Source: Phoronis australis
Lineage: Eukaryota > Animalia > Phoronida
Assembly (NCBI GenBank): GCA_002633005.1
Contig: NMRA01000088.1
Span: 120,186 to 184,185 of the forward strand
Direction: 5' to 3'
Length of the DNA stretch: 64,000 bases
Shown here: positions 1-15,121 of the stretch, piece after piece
Layout of the letters: every line of letters starts with the position of its first letter
Numbering within the stretch: position 1 is the first letter of the stretch
Notes under the pieces: generated by a model
What the model was told of the DNA's origin: nothing
Seen by the model: only the letters and a program-made list of their open reading frames with translations
Databases searched by the model: none
Position numbers and translations under genes: made by a program

Positions 1-35
1 CATTTTATTTTTTAAAACAATCAAAAGTGTCCTAC

Positions 36-405
36 CTCGCTTGATATTTCTCGCATATGTTTGATTGGCCGGACGATGGCTGGGTGGCGCTGGTGCTTGT
101 GGTGTAGCAAAGACATGCGCAGCCTTCTGACCACCACTTTCGCCATTCACACCACTGACAGGAGCCCGTGGTGATGTCTGAGCTGTTGGTATGGCTGGCA
201 AGATAGTTGTTTTGTCTGCAGAATGTCCCGTGGGCACGCTACTCTTTCCAGCTGCATTCTGGTTCCCCGCTGTTGACTGGATGGGAGTACCGGCTTGAAT
301 GCGAAGGGTGGGAATCTCCTGCCCGCTGGCCGTGCGTGCCGCCATGTCCTGTCCAGCCATCTTGCCAACCCTCGGCGGCGAACCATGAGACACGTGAGGG
401 TTCAT
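36..405 (-). CDS. First coding exon of an unidentified minus-strand gene (low-complexity Ala/Pro/Gly/Ser/Thr-rich N-terminus); continues off the left edge
   Basis: Acceptor ttggtttcag| (exon starts 409), accATG at 405, open frame MNPHVSHGSPPRVGKMAGQDMAARTASGQEIPTLRIQ...HVFATPQAPAPPSHRPANQTYARNIKR, phase-1 donor GAG|gtagga at 36/35; GC-rich against AT-rich flanks. It is missing from the ORF track because the frame has no stop inside the window. Confidence 0.7.
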
Positions 406-2126
406 GGTCCTGAAACCAATGAAATAATGTAATTAGAAAATTGTGTCGAGACATTTAAACACCAAGGTGTCCAAAACTCTAAATGGATCCCATGAAACCA
501 TGGAACTACCGTTAACACCTAATAGACACACTCACCTGACCAGGACACATAAAGCAATGGGAGCATTTCATCACTAGTGCCAAGAATAAGCAAAAAATAA
601 AACACAGGTGAGATGTGCTTTGGGTGTGTTAAAATGAAACGTTCTTCAGCATGGTATTGTCTTAAACCTAAACGAACACTCTGAGGTTCAGTGAAACACA
701 TCTTTAAGCACACAGCATGTCCCATCACTCTGAACACAACTGGTGGATGGCTGAGAAACCAGCAATATTTTTGTCACGGCGGCAAACCCCTAAGGTACAA
801 ATTTATAACTCATTACTTGTTGACTTTATCAACTACACCCATTTCCTCCGCCATTTTCAGTCACCAGTATACTGCAGCTTCAGACGTTCTTCTTTATTTA
901 TAAGCGCGTGTTTGTAGTACTCGGCCGTACGATGACTTGCTAATTGCTCCGCGTAATTAATCCTAACTACAGTGACTTAAGCACTACGCTGTAGATTATC
1001 GGCCCATTAAAGCATTTATCTTGTCACCAATCCAAAAAGTGATGGGATAATTGGACGCAACGAGAACGTAAACAACATTGTAATTGGGGCACATTTAACA
1101 GAAAACGTCTTAATGAAGAACAATGCGTAAAGACAACCGAGTCACAGAATGAGGGAGAGCTCCAAGTTGGCCCGTTTTCATTCATTGTCTCAATTTGTAG
1201 TTGTTAAGCCTACGTGAAACATAGATGGAGGCCTTAGTTTTTCCAAATTCGCTATCCAATTTACAAAGGCAGGGGTGCACCCTCTCTAAAGTATTAATTG
1301 TATTATAAAACAAAATAACATAATTGAGAAGTACGAATATGTAAATGTAACAGGAACCTGAAGTTGTGTGAAAAATTTCGTAACTATATTCGTGGGCAAG
1401 GTCTCGAACTTCAAAATCCAAATATATCAAGGACATAAATATATTCATAAAGCTGCATTTGCCCTCTTTAACTACCTAAAGAACTAAAATCGCATTAGGC
1501 TTTTTACTCTCAATTTTGATCTTCAAAATAGGCCAAACCTAAAATTGCAAGTTCAAAATGAGGCGTACCCATTGCCCATGTCTTCAGCTGATAACAGAAA
1601 TAGAATTCTATCACGAAAAGGAACGAGGTCGATGTTATGGAAGTAAATACGTTAAGCAACTTCCATTTTCTAGCCATCTACAGGGAGTGACATGCACGTC
1701 TGACATGAATACTGAGTGATAAAAGCAAACCTATAAATAATTCTGGTTGTTTAAATTTTTCAACCTTGTTTTCCAAACAGGCATGATCAGATCCGCTGAG
1801 AACCCGAGTGACTGGAACAAGATCACTACAGGCGAAAATGACCGTCAAAGAAACTGGTTGAAGCCGCAAAAAACAACGCCATCTTTAAAATTTCGTTTGA
1901 AATTTTGTTCGGGTTTTTACTGTGGCTTGTAAGTGTTCCTCCTATTGCACGATTAAACTTAAAATTATCGGGTGGATTTTATTGATTGTTTCTGAGGCTA
2001 GATTTGCTGAAGTTACCTCCACTCTTCTTTGAAGTTGGGGGTGATTTTGACCACCTCTAATTATTGTTGTACACAGCTTCAATCAGGTTAAGTATGCCAA
2101 GAGAGAAGTTAAGTTAAAACTTTCAA

Positions 2127-2377
2127 CATGCGTGCACCCAGCCTTCAAAATGGGGGGCTCGAATTCCCGAGTTTATGGACCTTTTGCTAATAAAAGAGCG
2201 GGCGGACTAAAAAAAAAAACGGGAGCACCACTGTGAATTGCACGTTTGCGCTTATTTACTGGACTTTTGTCCCATTTCCTCGGATATTTTGTCTCTCAGG
2301 GGAAGACCTTTTTGCCCACTTCGCCAAATGGAGGGGCTCGTTCGAGCCCCCCGAGCCCCCTCCTGGGTGCGCGCATG
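2127..2377. mobile_element. MITE with CATGCG(T/C)GCACCCAG terminal inverted repeats
   Basis: catgcgtgcacccag ... ctgggtgcgcgcatg; a related inverted, shorter copy lies at 35779-35915. Confidence 0.7.
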
Positions 2378-2379
2378 TT

Positions 2380-2633
2380 CAAGGTACCTAAACTACAAAG
2401 TCAACGGACTCATAAACACGGGCACAGACGCATGAACACGACTGACGGACCTACAAACACCGTCCACTGACTCACAAACACGGGAACGGACTCACAAAAC
2501 ACGATCCACGCACCCAAATACACGGGACACGGACTCATATTCCTGAGGAAACACGGTTAACGGTTCGTGAGTTGTGTTCATGCGTCTGTGCCCGTGTTTA
2601 TGAGTTCGTTGACCATGTAGTTTAGGTACCTTG
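2380..2633. mobile_element. Palindromic MITE with ~60-bp terminal inverted repeats
   Basis: caaggtacctaaactac...gcatgaacac mirrored by gtgttcatgc...gtagtttaggtaccttg; abuts the previous MITE. Confidence 0.75.
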
Positions 2634-4559
2634 ACTTTCAAGGAGACCTACAATGAAGTCTAAGTCACTGGACTTTGGTTTGTATTTCTGTGATGTTCTG
2701 TCCACTCTGATTTAACAATTTGAATGACATATCAGAATAGGTGCAGACTTGTTTGAATTCACGATGGTTAGAGAAGATTAAGTTTTTATCAAGTTAAAGG
2801 ATCTCTTTGCAACATATTTTAAAATAACATTGTTTAAAAAGTGAAATGGGCACCATCAATACACATAGACATGAGACAGCCACAGGTCTAAATCAGAACA
2901 AATAACAAGTATTAACCTCTTTAATGAGAGGAATTTTTTCACATGCTTCAGGTATGTCTATTAACGGTATTCAACTTAAAATATTCATCCACTTCCTGTT
3001 AATAGATCAAAGGTATACAACAAAGATATCCAAGGCATTAAACTAAACATGCCAGCACAAATGTTTCATCAATAAATCATTATGGGAGAAACACCAACAA
3101 CTGCCTTGAAAAATTCATTACAAGATGATAATTTGCGACCTTTTGCATGATTTAACCCCTGAGTACTTTTTCAAGACTAGCAACATACAAATCACGATTT
3201 CCACAAAATAGCTCACTTTTGGTCTTTGTTTTTATTACACACAATGTATTTTCACTAAAAACTTAATAAGAATTTACGGCAGTTTCATAAAATCTGAACT
3301 CGAATCCTAAAGGTACAAAGCCCTTACTTTCCCATAAGGATATCGTCGTAACTGCAACTATTGAAATATTGTCTAAAACTACGGATATGTCCTTGAAAAC
3401 CCGACAGAATATAAAATTCTTGAATTCCTGAATTCTCACCTGATAACAATACACATGTTTATATTTTACAGAGCAGTATTTTGAAAAAAAACAAACTTGA
3501 CCTGTGTATGACAAACTTACAATAGATAACCTAGCCTGAAGCACACCTGTTAACGATATACTGCGCATCCCTCTTCAACACACCTGGGAACACACTCCCC
3601 TGTATCTTGTGTAACAATTCACTGATGTCTCGCCCCTCTTTAGAACGTGGGCACGGACCAGTAAATCTTTCAGACAATATTTGAGGAGAGGTAATATTCC
3701 GAGTGACTCGGTACAAAGCTCTGAAGAACACAAGCTCGAGATGTCAATATTGACAAAGGAATGTTGGGATGAACTCTCTGTTATCAAACACGCAGAGTTC
3801 CTTGAGCATGTACGGAACCTCCGACAATGACGACAATCCTTGGAAATCACAGCTTTCCATTCACAAATGTATTTGTTTCAATAAAATGGCTTGTATCAAG
3901 TGAATAATTTGTAATAGACTGTAGCAGGCATACTAACTGGTTTCAAATTTTGCATGTGGAATAAATTAAAAGCTATTGTGTGAATGCAACATTTTTGACA
4001 ACCCACATGAACAACAATAAAGAAATAATTTTTTATTTAAACAAATGTCAAAGAACTGTTAGAATCTCAAATGAAACAATCCTAGAAGATGAATATTCTA
4101 AGGCCATGTGAGACCTCATCAACTAGTCTGTGTGTTTAGCCAAATATATACAATACAAAAGAACTATTTTTTGAAAACAAAAAGTATGGATTTTTTACTT
4201 CATCCCAATCTGACTTACACTGGGTCACATGATCACACATTTTTATCAAAATTTACCAAAAAAGAAAGGAACATTTCAAAACAACGATATTAATAACGAG
4301 AGCAATGCTCTTTTGATACAAACTTCAAAGACAAAATCTCAAAAACGCTGAAGCATTTTTCTAAATCATCCTTTCATTTTCGTCCCGAGCAACTTAATTT
4401 TTTGCATAAAAATTCTGAATGTGCCGAGTTCTGATAACCCCTCATCCCGAATTGGGAGACTTTTAAAGACACTTCCTAACAGCATTTTGGACAAAATGGT
4501 GGATGAAGGACCATGGAGGAAAATTTCACAAGAATCAAACTAGCCATCTCAGAGATATT

Positions 4560-4723
4560 TTCACTGTGATATATATTTATTGAAGGATACACAGAACATA
4601 CAAAGAAATAATAACAAACCCAGAAACCGCGAAGCATTATATCTGGGTTGTAAACAATTCATAAATGAAACTTATATACATAGAGGTATATACAATTAAG
4701 TAGTATCTAAAATAAGTATTCCA
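4560..4723 (-). mobile_element. Short insertion, probably a 5'-truncated retroposon 3' end
   Basis: Flanked by a 14-bp direct repeat atctcagagatatt (4546-4559 and 4724-4737); AATAAA on the minus strand near its left end. Confidence 0.45.
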
Positions 4724-5120
4724 ATCTCAGAGATATTCCACAATTAGTTGAATTCAGATGTTTAGCTATAACCTCTCACGACCTCAACATTTTTGTGTGA
4801 TGTTAGAAGGAAGAGAATTATAGTTCTTCTAAAATGGCACATAAAGAATGGTGGTACTTAAGCAAAATTATATTCTGTCAAATTTCTGACAGAATAATTA
4901 GGAAATTCCGTTTTCAATTCTAGCAAAATTTGTACAGTAAAATGTGCACAGGTGAAATAAAAACAATACTCAGTATGACTTTGACCATTTGTGCATCACA
5001 ATATGAGCAGATTTTAAAACATAGAAGTATTACGACGCACAATAATTTTTAATCAAAATAACCAACAAACCACTAAAATGTCTTTCACGCACTGTCATTG
5101 ACCGATTTTGTTTTGCTTTA

Positions 5121-5231
5121 GGCAATAGTCCGATATAACGTGCCCGTATTTTGAGAACCAGTTTTGATGCCCGTTATGCATTGGAGAAAACTGGTTCTCA
5201 AAATTCAGGCACGTTATATCAGACCATTGCC
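5121..5231. mobile_element. Palindromic MITE, Mutator-like family (GGCAAT...ATTGCC ends)
   Basis: Near-perfect hairpin; flanking direct repeat ttgcttta; second copy at 23576-23696. Confidence 0.75.
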
Positions 5232-8200
5232 TTGCTTTATAAGCAAACACTTTCAAACACCAGGAATGGAGCAGTTTAAACACCAAGCAGGACATTTTGT
5301 AGAAGTGCTGTGGAAATCCAATAAGATAGAGCATTCAGCATTGATCTAATATTACACAACCAGGGATGCTTCATTTAAAACCTACCCTACTAGGCCTGCT
5401 AATCCCTGAGGTTTCATTCAAAAACGTGTCATAACCACAGGATTAATACCAGAGGATGTAAAGATGTAATTGGGTACAAGTAACAGGGGCATTGTTTTCT
5501 GTACTGCTGAAATCAATAAGGTCAGAGGTCACACAAGAGCCCACAGTTTACACAACAGCAAAGAAGATCAGCCAACAAGGACCTTATCAACATGTCAATG
5601 TATTGAGCTAAAATCTACAAAACTATGGATTTTAACTCTGGAAGAAGGGAATAAACTATACGAAAGTGGCAAGACTGTAGAATTCCATGTTTGACTTTTT
5701 AATACTCTGTCGTTATTTGGGTCATGTGACCATGACATTTTGGTGGTAAAATTTATCAGAGAAGAAAGCTTCATTGATAGCAAAACAACAGCGTCAACAA
5801 CAAGATCAAATGTTCAAGATGAAATCTCAAAAATGCTGATACAGTTTTCGAAATTATCGTTTCATCATACAACCTTTGACTCAGTCATAAGAATCATAAA
5901 AGTCCTGTTCTTGATAGCTCCTCATGAAAAAGTGCAACAATTTCTAACAGCATTATGAAGAACGGTGAACAAGTATGTCAAAGTTTCCTACATATCTCAT
6001 CGGCCATTTCTGAGATATCAGGTTCTGTAATTGGCCTGATCAACAAGTCTGTATTTAGCCAAATATCTGCACACTAAAATATTTTAAGCCTATAAAAGTT
6101 CATATTTTGTGAAACAAAAAGCCTGTAGAATTTGATTTTTGAGGTTTTACCACTCTGCCATTATTTGTGTCACATTAACACATCAACAAAGAATTATCAG
6201 CCAATACGCACCATATGATAAGTCACATGGATGATTGAAGTAATTTAAAACTGTAACAGATTTCATCAGGCAAATGAAAATATACATGTTTTACCAATAA
6301 AACCTTGAAACAGGGCACACAGTTTTGTACACAGAAGAGACACTTCTAACGTAGGTTAAGAAATGTTATGACTACATTTTTGTTTTTGGGATGTAACGTT
6401 ACTTTTCTGTCCGACAGACTTGGGATTTGCCTTTTGCTGACAATCCACGTTGCAATTCGGGATTGACAGTCTTTTTATTTGAACTGTTTTTATTTATTTG
6501 TTTCGTATTTATTATTTTGCACAAAATGTACTCCCAAAGACAATCTCTGAGTAGGATTCTTCAGCAATCACAAAAATGAAGCCCAGGGTAGACAAAACCT
6601 CTGGTGTATATGTCTGCAACAAACCTCTTCCTTAGCGGTAATAAATTGCAAGAATCAAATTACATATAAGAAGGCTACTTATCTGCTCTGCGGCACAATC
6701 CTCGGAGAGGAGCGCGTAATATCGTGTCTCGAAGAACACTCGCAGGTCTTGACATTAAAAAAATTCTTTCCTCATTACCGGTAATTACACAAAATTCACT
6801 TCCAACAGCATGACCATTGAGTCTATTCAAGGATTAATAACTCTTATTATCCATAGTTATAGTGAGAAATTTGTTCTCAGTTTCCCCGTGCAGCCGATAC
6901 TACACTTGTTAAGATTGTACGATGTTGTCACATTATCGTAGGAACACTAAAAAATTATTCCCCCACCTGCCTGAAATTCTTATTCTCATAATGCACCCAA
7001 GCATATATAAATACATGTGGGTGCAACATTTTCTAATTACAATAAGAGAAAAATGAAAAGCTGAGGGTGGCCTTGTATCCTGAAGTGGACTTGTACGTAG
7101 ATAATAGTGATAATAATAATAACACTTACAAATGAAATTAAGTTCTCTTCCTATTTCTTTTATTGAAAACTTTGAAAAAATTCCCTGTTCCGCCATATTG
7201 TATTCTACATCGAAGAAGCCTTTCTGTACAATGATAATGACACCACAGTAACAACACCATTTCGGACAAAAATGATTCCTAAAATTGCCCCTTTTCCAAT
7301 TTTTAAGTGACCTTAACAGTGTTGTGAATGGTCACATTCTTTCAAAACATAATCACGATGAAGAACTTGAATATGGAAAAACATTTATTTGGTGCGGCAT
7401 AGCTTTCATAGAAAAAATGATGAAATACGTCACTTGTCAGCCATGTTGTGCCCGAAATTCATGAGATTTTACCATAAGCATTACATGTCTATGCTACAGC
7501 ACGGTAGCAGCGCAGTCAATAGTTTCGTAATAAGCAGATTCTGAAATACTTCACATTTTGGACCATCTACGTACAGTTCACCTTCACTTGCCAAACTAAT
7601 AAAACAGGATTATCAGAGGAGGAAACAGATTGAATTTCTAATTATTTCTAAAAAAGTATAAAGATGAAAAACATGTTAAAATTCACCAGAAACTAAACTT
7701 TGAGAATTTCATGAAGAATTTTCCAGTCCAATATTTTTTTTTCAAGTTTGAGGCGGTAACGCGTGCGAAAATAGTTGTAGGTCCCGATGTATTCTGAGGT
7801 AGGTGTCAACTTTGAAATGCCTAGCGACAATATATGCTTGTAAATGTGAAAAAAACAGTCAACAATCATGACAGTGGCAGAATAACCCAGCTCAGCCCAT
7901 TACAAATAACTCCCTGTGTTGGTAGCAAACAGACATACACGCACGGGCACATGCACAATCAGATTGTTTTCCATAACTTATATCTGACCTATGAAAAGAG
8001 TATAATCATTATCAATCTTGTCTTACTCTGACAAGGTGGAGACACGGTATTGCTCTTGGGAAATCGATAGCCAAAAATCAATGTGAAAACACAGTGCAAG
8101 AAAATCAATGCGCCGATACCACCATCGTTTGATCTCTTTATGTTCTGCCAGTGAAAGACAGGGTTGATCGGTGTTGCAAGAATGTGATCAAGAGTGGAGA

Positions 8201-10431
8201 AACTTTGTTTCACTTCAGACATACAGTGGCTGGACAAGTTGAGGGGCACAATATCAAATAATATGTATCACAATGTGAAACAATATGCATGTCAATATCA
8301 AATTGTACACATCGCAGTATTAATGTCATGCAAAATATCATATTTACAACCCAATACAATATCAAATGACACAAAGTATAAAAAGAAAATGTCAAAAATA
8401 TAATAAATAGTCTCCTATAATAAATAGTCAATCCTAAAAGACACAAGATGTTTAATTTGTATCAAGCAAACTGAACATCAAAGTGAAGTTTAACAGTTTA
8501 AATCAATGTAAATAAATTTAAATTTAAACCTTTTCACAAAAGCTATAACCATATTTTCTCACAAAAAGTTAAGTATGTTCGCTTGTTTAAGAGTTATGCG
8601 GTAATCTACTGACTGATATAACAGGTATTGAGCAATAAAAAACAAAAATTCTCCAAAGCATTTCCCTTCTCAGCACTATGAGATCAAATTTCTCTGTCAA
8701 CGATTCGTCATTCCCAAATCAATTCGGTGTTTGTGAAAAATTGGCAGACGCAAACAAACTGTACAAGAATGCAAATACAAACTTTACTTTCGGCTGGCGA
8801 AATCTGGTGCAGTTGAGTAAATGAAAACGGCTTTGTAAATGTTAAGAATGGGAACTTAATCACCATACACAATCGATCATTTATGTTTAGAAATATATAA
8901 AGACTTTTTATTTACTGCTGTACAGTCCACAACTATGGATATTTTGCTTTTGAACTCTTGATACTGATTTCAACACACAGGTCACTTGGAAAATATCTGC
9001 AGACTGTGCTTGTTCTAAACGGAGGAATTCTGTCCGTTTTTAATTGACAACTGCTACCTCAGCAAGCGCAGAGTGACCACTTACTGGAGGACAAATTTCC
9101 AAAGCAAGCCATTTGATGTGCAGGAATTCTGTGACATTTTCTCTCAACAATCATAGACTAAAGCCATGCAACAAATTTCCGAAACAAAGCATTTTAACTG
9201 CAGTAATCCTGAGCTATTTTGTGCAAAACTAAAAGCCACTGTGGTACAAATAATCAAGATTTTATCAAGTGGTGTTCAATGACAGCCGTAAATTAAAACT
9301 GTTTGCAAGTAAAATTCCTCACTGAGAAATCTCAACAAAATAAAATACTGCTTATCACGAAACAGATAGACAAAGAATTACAGTGAAATCCAACAGAACT
9401 AAAAATCAAAAAGCATTCTTGTTTCTTGGACACGGAAAAAAGGCAACATAAATTGTTCCGTTGAGAGCATGTCGGTTTCAGGATTTTTCTCTACAGGACC
9501 ACACCATCAACCCATTTCACAGAAGTGCAGAAATTATCTCATGGTAATCAAAAGAATGTTTGTTCTTGCAATGTCTCTGATGAGACAAGACTACTAACTC
9601 TTTAGAAGGTGTACAGATAATATTATGCTAGATTTATGAGCGTTATCTTAATTCCCGAACGTCGACTTACTACATTTTGATTAATCGGCCGCCAAATTAT
9701 CAGATAGCTTCAGTCGAGAGCTATCACAGTGAGTACGCCTCAAAATGTCCCGAGCAAACATTTATGATCATACAATGAAATCCGATAAGTTTCAACTTAT
9801 AAAATAGGACAAGCAGCATTTGTATGAAGTAATTCAAGCTTACGACATGGACAATTGTCATGTGCATACTATTAAGACCTCTTGGAACCTTAAGAGTTTG
9901 CTGTATAGAATGAACTTAACAAACTGTCTCCCTGGTATAATCGGCATGGTAACAAGAAAATCAGCACTACTTAAATGCAGGCACAAGATTTGAAAATTTA
10001 ATTGTGAATTAGCAAATTAATAGACCCTGCGAAAAATCGTTAATGTTTAATTTCCAAACACAAGAAAAACCTTAAATAATAAATGCCAAGACTTCATGCA
10101 AGAGACAACACCATAGACAATATTCATGGTTGATTCCTTCCACTGGGGCTATCGAGTCACAAATTTACTACTGACACAATTCAAAGGTTTTTTAAAAGTT
10201 ACAAAAGTGAGGCCTTATTTACAGCTATCCGTTTGAGAAAGGTAGCACCATAAATCATTCCACTAATCCACTCATAGTAAAAGAAACCCATTTGAATTCT
10301 TTGTTCCATTGGGTGCAGGCGCTTTTACGGAGGTCGTTGTGTACAGTCAAGTTGTATTAATCAGGAAACAGTGTAAAGACTGGTTTCTTATTTATAGCTC
10401 GGTCTAACATCACACCAAAAATACCCAGCAA

Positions 10432-10890
10432 GACTATTCAACAGGCAGTCAGACAATTCAACACGCAGTCGGACAGTTCAACAGGCAGTCGGACAGTTCA
10501 ACAGGCAGTCGGACANNNNNNNNNNNNNNNNNNNNNNNNNNNNNNNNNNNNNNNNNNNNNNNNNNNNNNNNNNNNNNNNNNNNNNNNNNNNNNNNNNNNN
10601 NNNNNNNNNNNNNNNNNNNNNNNNNNNNNNNNNNNNNNNNNNNNNNNNNNNNNNNNNNNNNNNNNNNNNNNNNNNNNNNNNNNNNNNNNNNNNNNNNNNN
10701 NNNNNNNNNNNNNNNNNNNNNNNNNNNNNNNNNNNNNGGGCAGTTCAACAGGCAGTTGGACAATTCAACAGGCAGTCGGACAATTCAACAGGCAGTAAGA
10801 CAATTCAACAGGCAGTCGGACAATTCAACAGGCAGTCTGACAATTCAACAGGCAGTCGGGTCACAATTCAACAAGGACATTCAAAAGGCA
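10432..10890 (+). repeat. 20-bp minisatellite (ggacaattcaacaggcagtc)n spanning an assembly gap
   Basis: Tandem units visible on both sides of the N-run. Confidence 0.9.
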
Positions 10891-13800
10891 TATTTCTGAT
10901 ACTTATGAACATGAATATTTTTGACAGGGGCTAAAACCATGGTGCAAAGAAGTAATTTTTTCTACTGTCACCATCTTTAAAAAATAATGTGGTGCATCCC
11001 ACTCAAGCAATGGAAGAAGAGAAGTGCCAGAGCAATTTTTTCAAGAAGATATGAACTCGCCTTCGTATTGGACTTAGAACAAGAAACTTATACTTAGCTT
11101 CTGAAAATTGAAAATGATTTGTGCGCTTGGAAAGAATTGATGATTCATTCTTTGTTGGAACAAACTTCTGTAAAACCAATTTTGGACAAAAATAATTGCG
11201 AAAATAGCTTTTTGTAAATTTTCAATGTCTTTTAGCATTGTTGTGAATGGACGTTTTCTAATAGTTCCTGTAGTTGGCTATGGTACAGACCTTGAACACG
11301 GCAATGTAATCAGTCTGAGTAAAATAGGAAACTGTCAGTATTAACAATAACTTTCATGTGAAATAAGAGAAATGTTACAGCATGTAAGTGCATGACTTTA
11401 AGTGTATTCACCAGAAATAAATACTCAAACATTATCCTTTCATACCATATCCCCCCTTTTGGGGAACACCTTTCAAAGTTGCATTTCCACCCTCTGTTTG
11501 CAGCAAAGTAGAAATACACAAGTTTGACAGGAGTTCAGATATGCTACATTAACTGGGTTGCACAATGTACATGAAATGAAAAGAAAAAACGTTTAACTTA
11601 AATTGCATAACACGATTATCAGAATAAAGTTCAAAAAACAAAATTATGTAAAACGTACATCAATAGATTCTCATTTGTGTGTTTTGAACAAACTTTTGTC
11701 ATTCTAAATCCAAACGGAAGAACAGAGCCCGCAGCAAAAGCACAGTTGTTCAGCTAGGTGAACTAAACAAAAGAGTGATTTGTAGTGAAATAAGCTTTTA
11801 CAAATAAATCTCACCAATTTCAGACAAAAATAATTATCAAAATTTCGCTTTCATCATTTTTCAAGGCCTTTTTACATTGGCGCGAGTGTCCACTTTTCAA
11901 AATTTAGTGTGATACTAGATATCATACGAAACTTGAACATTGTAAAGCATCAACTTATCTTTTATGAAAAAATGAGAATTCAAAACAAAATCTCACGTGT
12001 CGGTCATATTATATCCTAGACTGCTGAGATTTTATCCCAATGCATTTCACTCATATAAACCTGAAGCTTGTTAATGCCAACTTAGGGGACTTGCTCACTT
12101 TCTGACTGCTAACAGGATGAGGTTTTGCAGTATCAACTACTCAACATGGTCGCACAAGGGCATAAAGTCAAAAGGGGAAAGTTGGTTCTGGTCTATGTCC
12201 CCCCTCCCCTCGACTGATTTTGAGACCTCTAAAACATGAAACAACACCAGACTGAATCAATTTCAACCAAGGTCTCGTGTTTTTTCAAGAAGCTGCGCAA
12301 AGACACTTCAGCAAGGTTTGCGATGTCACCATTTGCGTTGAGTAAAAAAATGTTGCAAAGAGTACCACATCACCAATTCAATTCTCAACAAAAACAGACA
12401 AGATCCAACCATGCTTTTTAGGTCTAACCTGCATAGAACGGATATGGTATATGAAAAAACGTGACGCAAATTATTCCCCATGTCCCAATAGTGGCAGACA
12501 ATGTGAATCCAAATTAGGGAATGGTCTTACCTTGCGCCGTTTATGGCAATGAAAATACAAAATGTTTGAAATATCAACACTTTTACACATGACTGTAAGT
12601 TCCCGTAAGTTTCATTTTCTGCAATTTCACTCTTTTCCACAGTCCCCCCCACCANNNNNNNNNNNNNNNNNNNNNNNNNNNNNNNNNNNNNNNNNNNNNN
12701 NNNNNNNNNNNNNNNNNNNNNNNNNNNNNNNNNNNNNNNNNNNNNNNNNNNNNNNNNNNNNNNNNNNNNNNNNNNNNNNNNNNNNNNNNNNNNNNNNNNN
12801 NNNNNNNNNNNNNNNNNNNNNNNNNNNNNNNNNNNNNNNNNNNNNNNNNNNNNNNNNNNNNNNNNNNNNNNNNNNNNNNNNNNNNNNNCCCCCCCCCCCC
12901 CCCCCCCCACACACACACACATTTTTGTTGCACGAACCAACATTTCTTGTATCAAAAATAGCACTTCCATCGTCTAATTTAGGACCACATCATCCGCAGC
13001 AACCTCAGAGGATGTATATAATCATAGATGGGGTTTGCTGCTCCATAAAGCACCACTGATAACAGAGCTAAAACCTGTTGCAATTGTCATATTGTCATCC
13101 CATTTTAGTCTTGAAAACCACACTTGCTTTGGCACATATTTAGACATTCTTCGTTTTTTAACCATACATGCATGTCAATCTTTTTAAATCTTATCATAGC
13201 AATTTTGGTAAAAGAAAAGCAAACCTTAGCGATGACGAATATATATGTACTATTACGTTGTCGTAAAAGTGACAACAGCATTGACACCCATGATGGGCTA
13301 TTTCACACTGCTCAGGAATCTACAGTGCTAACTGACCTCAACGTTATAACTACTACGCATTGGCCATAGCTGGGAAAGGTTGCTCGGTGTTACAAATGTC
13401 GCAATTTCACGAAAGAAAAAGCAGAGTAGTTGCACAAAACCATTCATGCTAATCATAATTATGGAGTCAAAATTTTTGACAATGTTATAAGGGTGAAAAG
13501 GACAAAAAATTGTAAAAGCAAATCCGTCTTCATACAGTATTGTTCTTTGATGACTGTATGGTCCGTGAAAAAGTATAGCGGTTAATGTAAATGGGGACAT
13601 TATTATTGTCAAGCCATGATTCTTTCTTGGAGAACAGTTTATTACAGCAAATAAATTTGCATCATGGCCAAACCAAAAACCAATGCAAATAATTTACTAA
13701 GTACACATATAATTTGTAACTAACTGCTATAACCATTTCAATTTAATATTTTACCATTTTGCAATTAATTTGCATAAAACGTTCTCCTTTACTTTTGCAT

Positions 13801-13971
13801 CATTAGTGGATATGGTACGTCAAATTATATGACATTTAAAAACATTAATAAAGGCAACGACTTCAAAAATGACAGGAGAAAGACAACCAAAATTGATTTA
13901 TATGACACTTAAAAAAGGTGAAGTTTAGGAGCAAAATAATATTCTTTCCATTTAGTTAATTTAGTAATACT

Positions 13972-14463
13972 CCCAGAGGGTATTCCCATAGAACCGTATA
14001 TAGTGGGTGCCACTCAGATAGGTGACTTTTTCACAACCAATTTCCATATTTGTCCAGCAAAATTCCCTACGAAGAGATACCATTTGAAATTTAATTCCCT
14101 ACAAAACGGCTCACTTCAGGAGTTTGAAACTCAGCAAAGAGGTAGGGCCTAAAGAGGTTTATTTACAACTATAAAAGTTTCAAGGCAAAACCGTTTTTAA
14201 TCATATTTGTTCCAGATGATATACTGGTTTTTGGCCACATGCCATTTATTCATACACTCTTCAAAGCTGAATGAGTTAAAAAGAAAACTGATGAAAGAGT
14301 TAGTTTTCTAAAATTAAACTACAAAGCCCTGCGAAATGGTGACTTTAATAATTTCTATGGAAGCTCCCTAGAAATGAATTGGGTCCATTCTCTAAATGAG
14401 TACGGGTTATCTCAATTTTCCAACTAAATCCCCTGCGTGAAACATAGCCAAGTATTCCCGGGG
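13972..14463. mobile_element. Degenerate MITE with CCC.G.GGGTA.T-type ends
   Basis: cccagagggtattccc at left, aagtattcccgggg at right; imperfect. Confidence 0.35.
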
Positions 14464-15121
14464 TAATATTTCTCAGGTTAAGATAAGACTAGAAGTTTCT
14501 TCTAAGTCACACGGCAACAGTGAGCTAGAGGTACTATACACGTAGAACAATATGCCTAACTTGGTTGACACAGAATCTGAAGAAGGTTCACTGGGATAGG
14601 AAACATGCGTACAGCTCCATAAAATGAAACTAAAGCAGACGCTTTAGGGAAAAATAATGCGGATAATAGGTGCTTTTCAGACATTGGTCATTAATTTAAG
14701 GTGGACTCGTGCTAGACAGTGACCACAGTCTCTACTGGTTCCGCTGCGTGTTCAAGTTTTCAAACAATGACGAGGTTGGCAAAGTTGGTTGAAATTATAC
14801 ATCACTGCCAATATTCCGAAATAAAAAATCGGGACACTTGGATTTAGGATAGCGTAAGAGGAAATGTCCATATAAAGAGAAACAACATGTCTGCAGCACT
14901 TTATTGTGTTAATGTATTTTAGGACTTTTTTAGTCGTGCCTCAGAAATACGAAAACTAGTGAGGAAAAGTACATCAACAAGCAGCTAGGCGATGACACTT
15001 CGGCTGTTGTGGGCCACGAGGTGAATTGTCAAAAAGCCTGACAATCCAAACAAAAGCAGTACAGTTGGCGACCCATCACAGTGTAACCCTAGGGCTACGC
15101 ACCCTCATCCCTACCCCGTGG

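Noticed and set aside
3531-3850. Possible minus-strand coding exon
   Set aside because: Overlapping short frames with no recognisable motif and ambiguous splice sites; could be a UTR exon but is unsupported.
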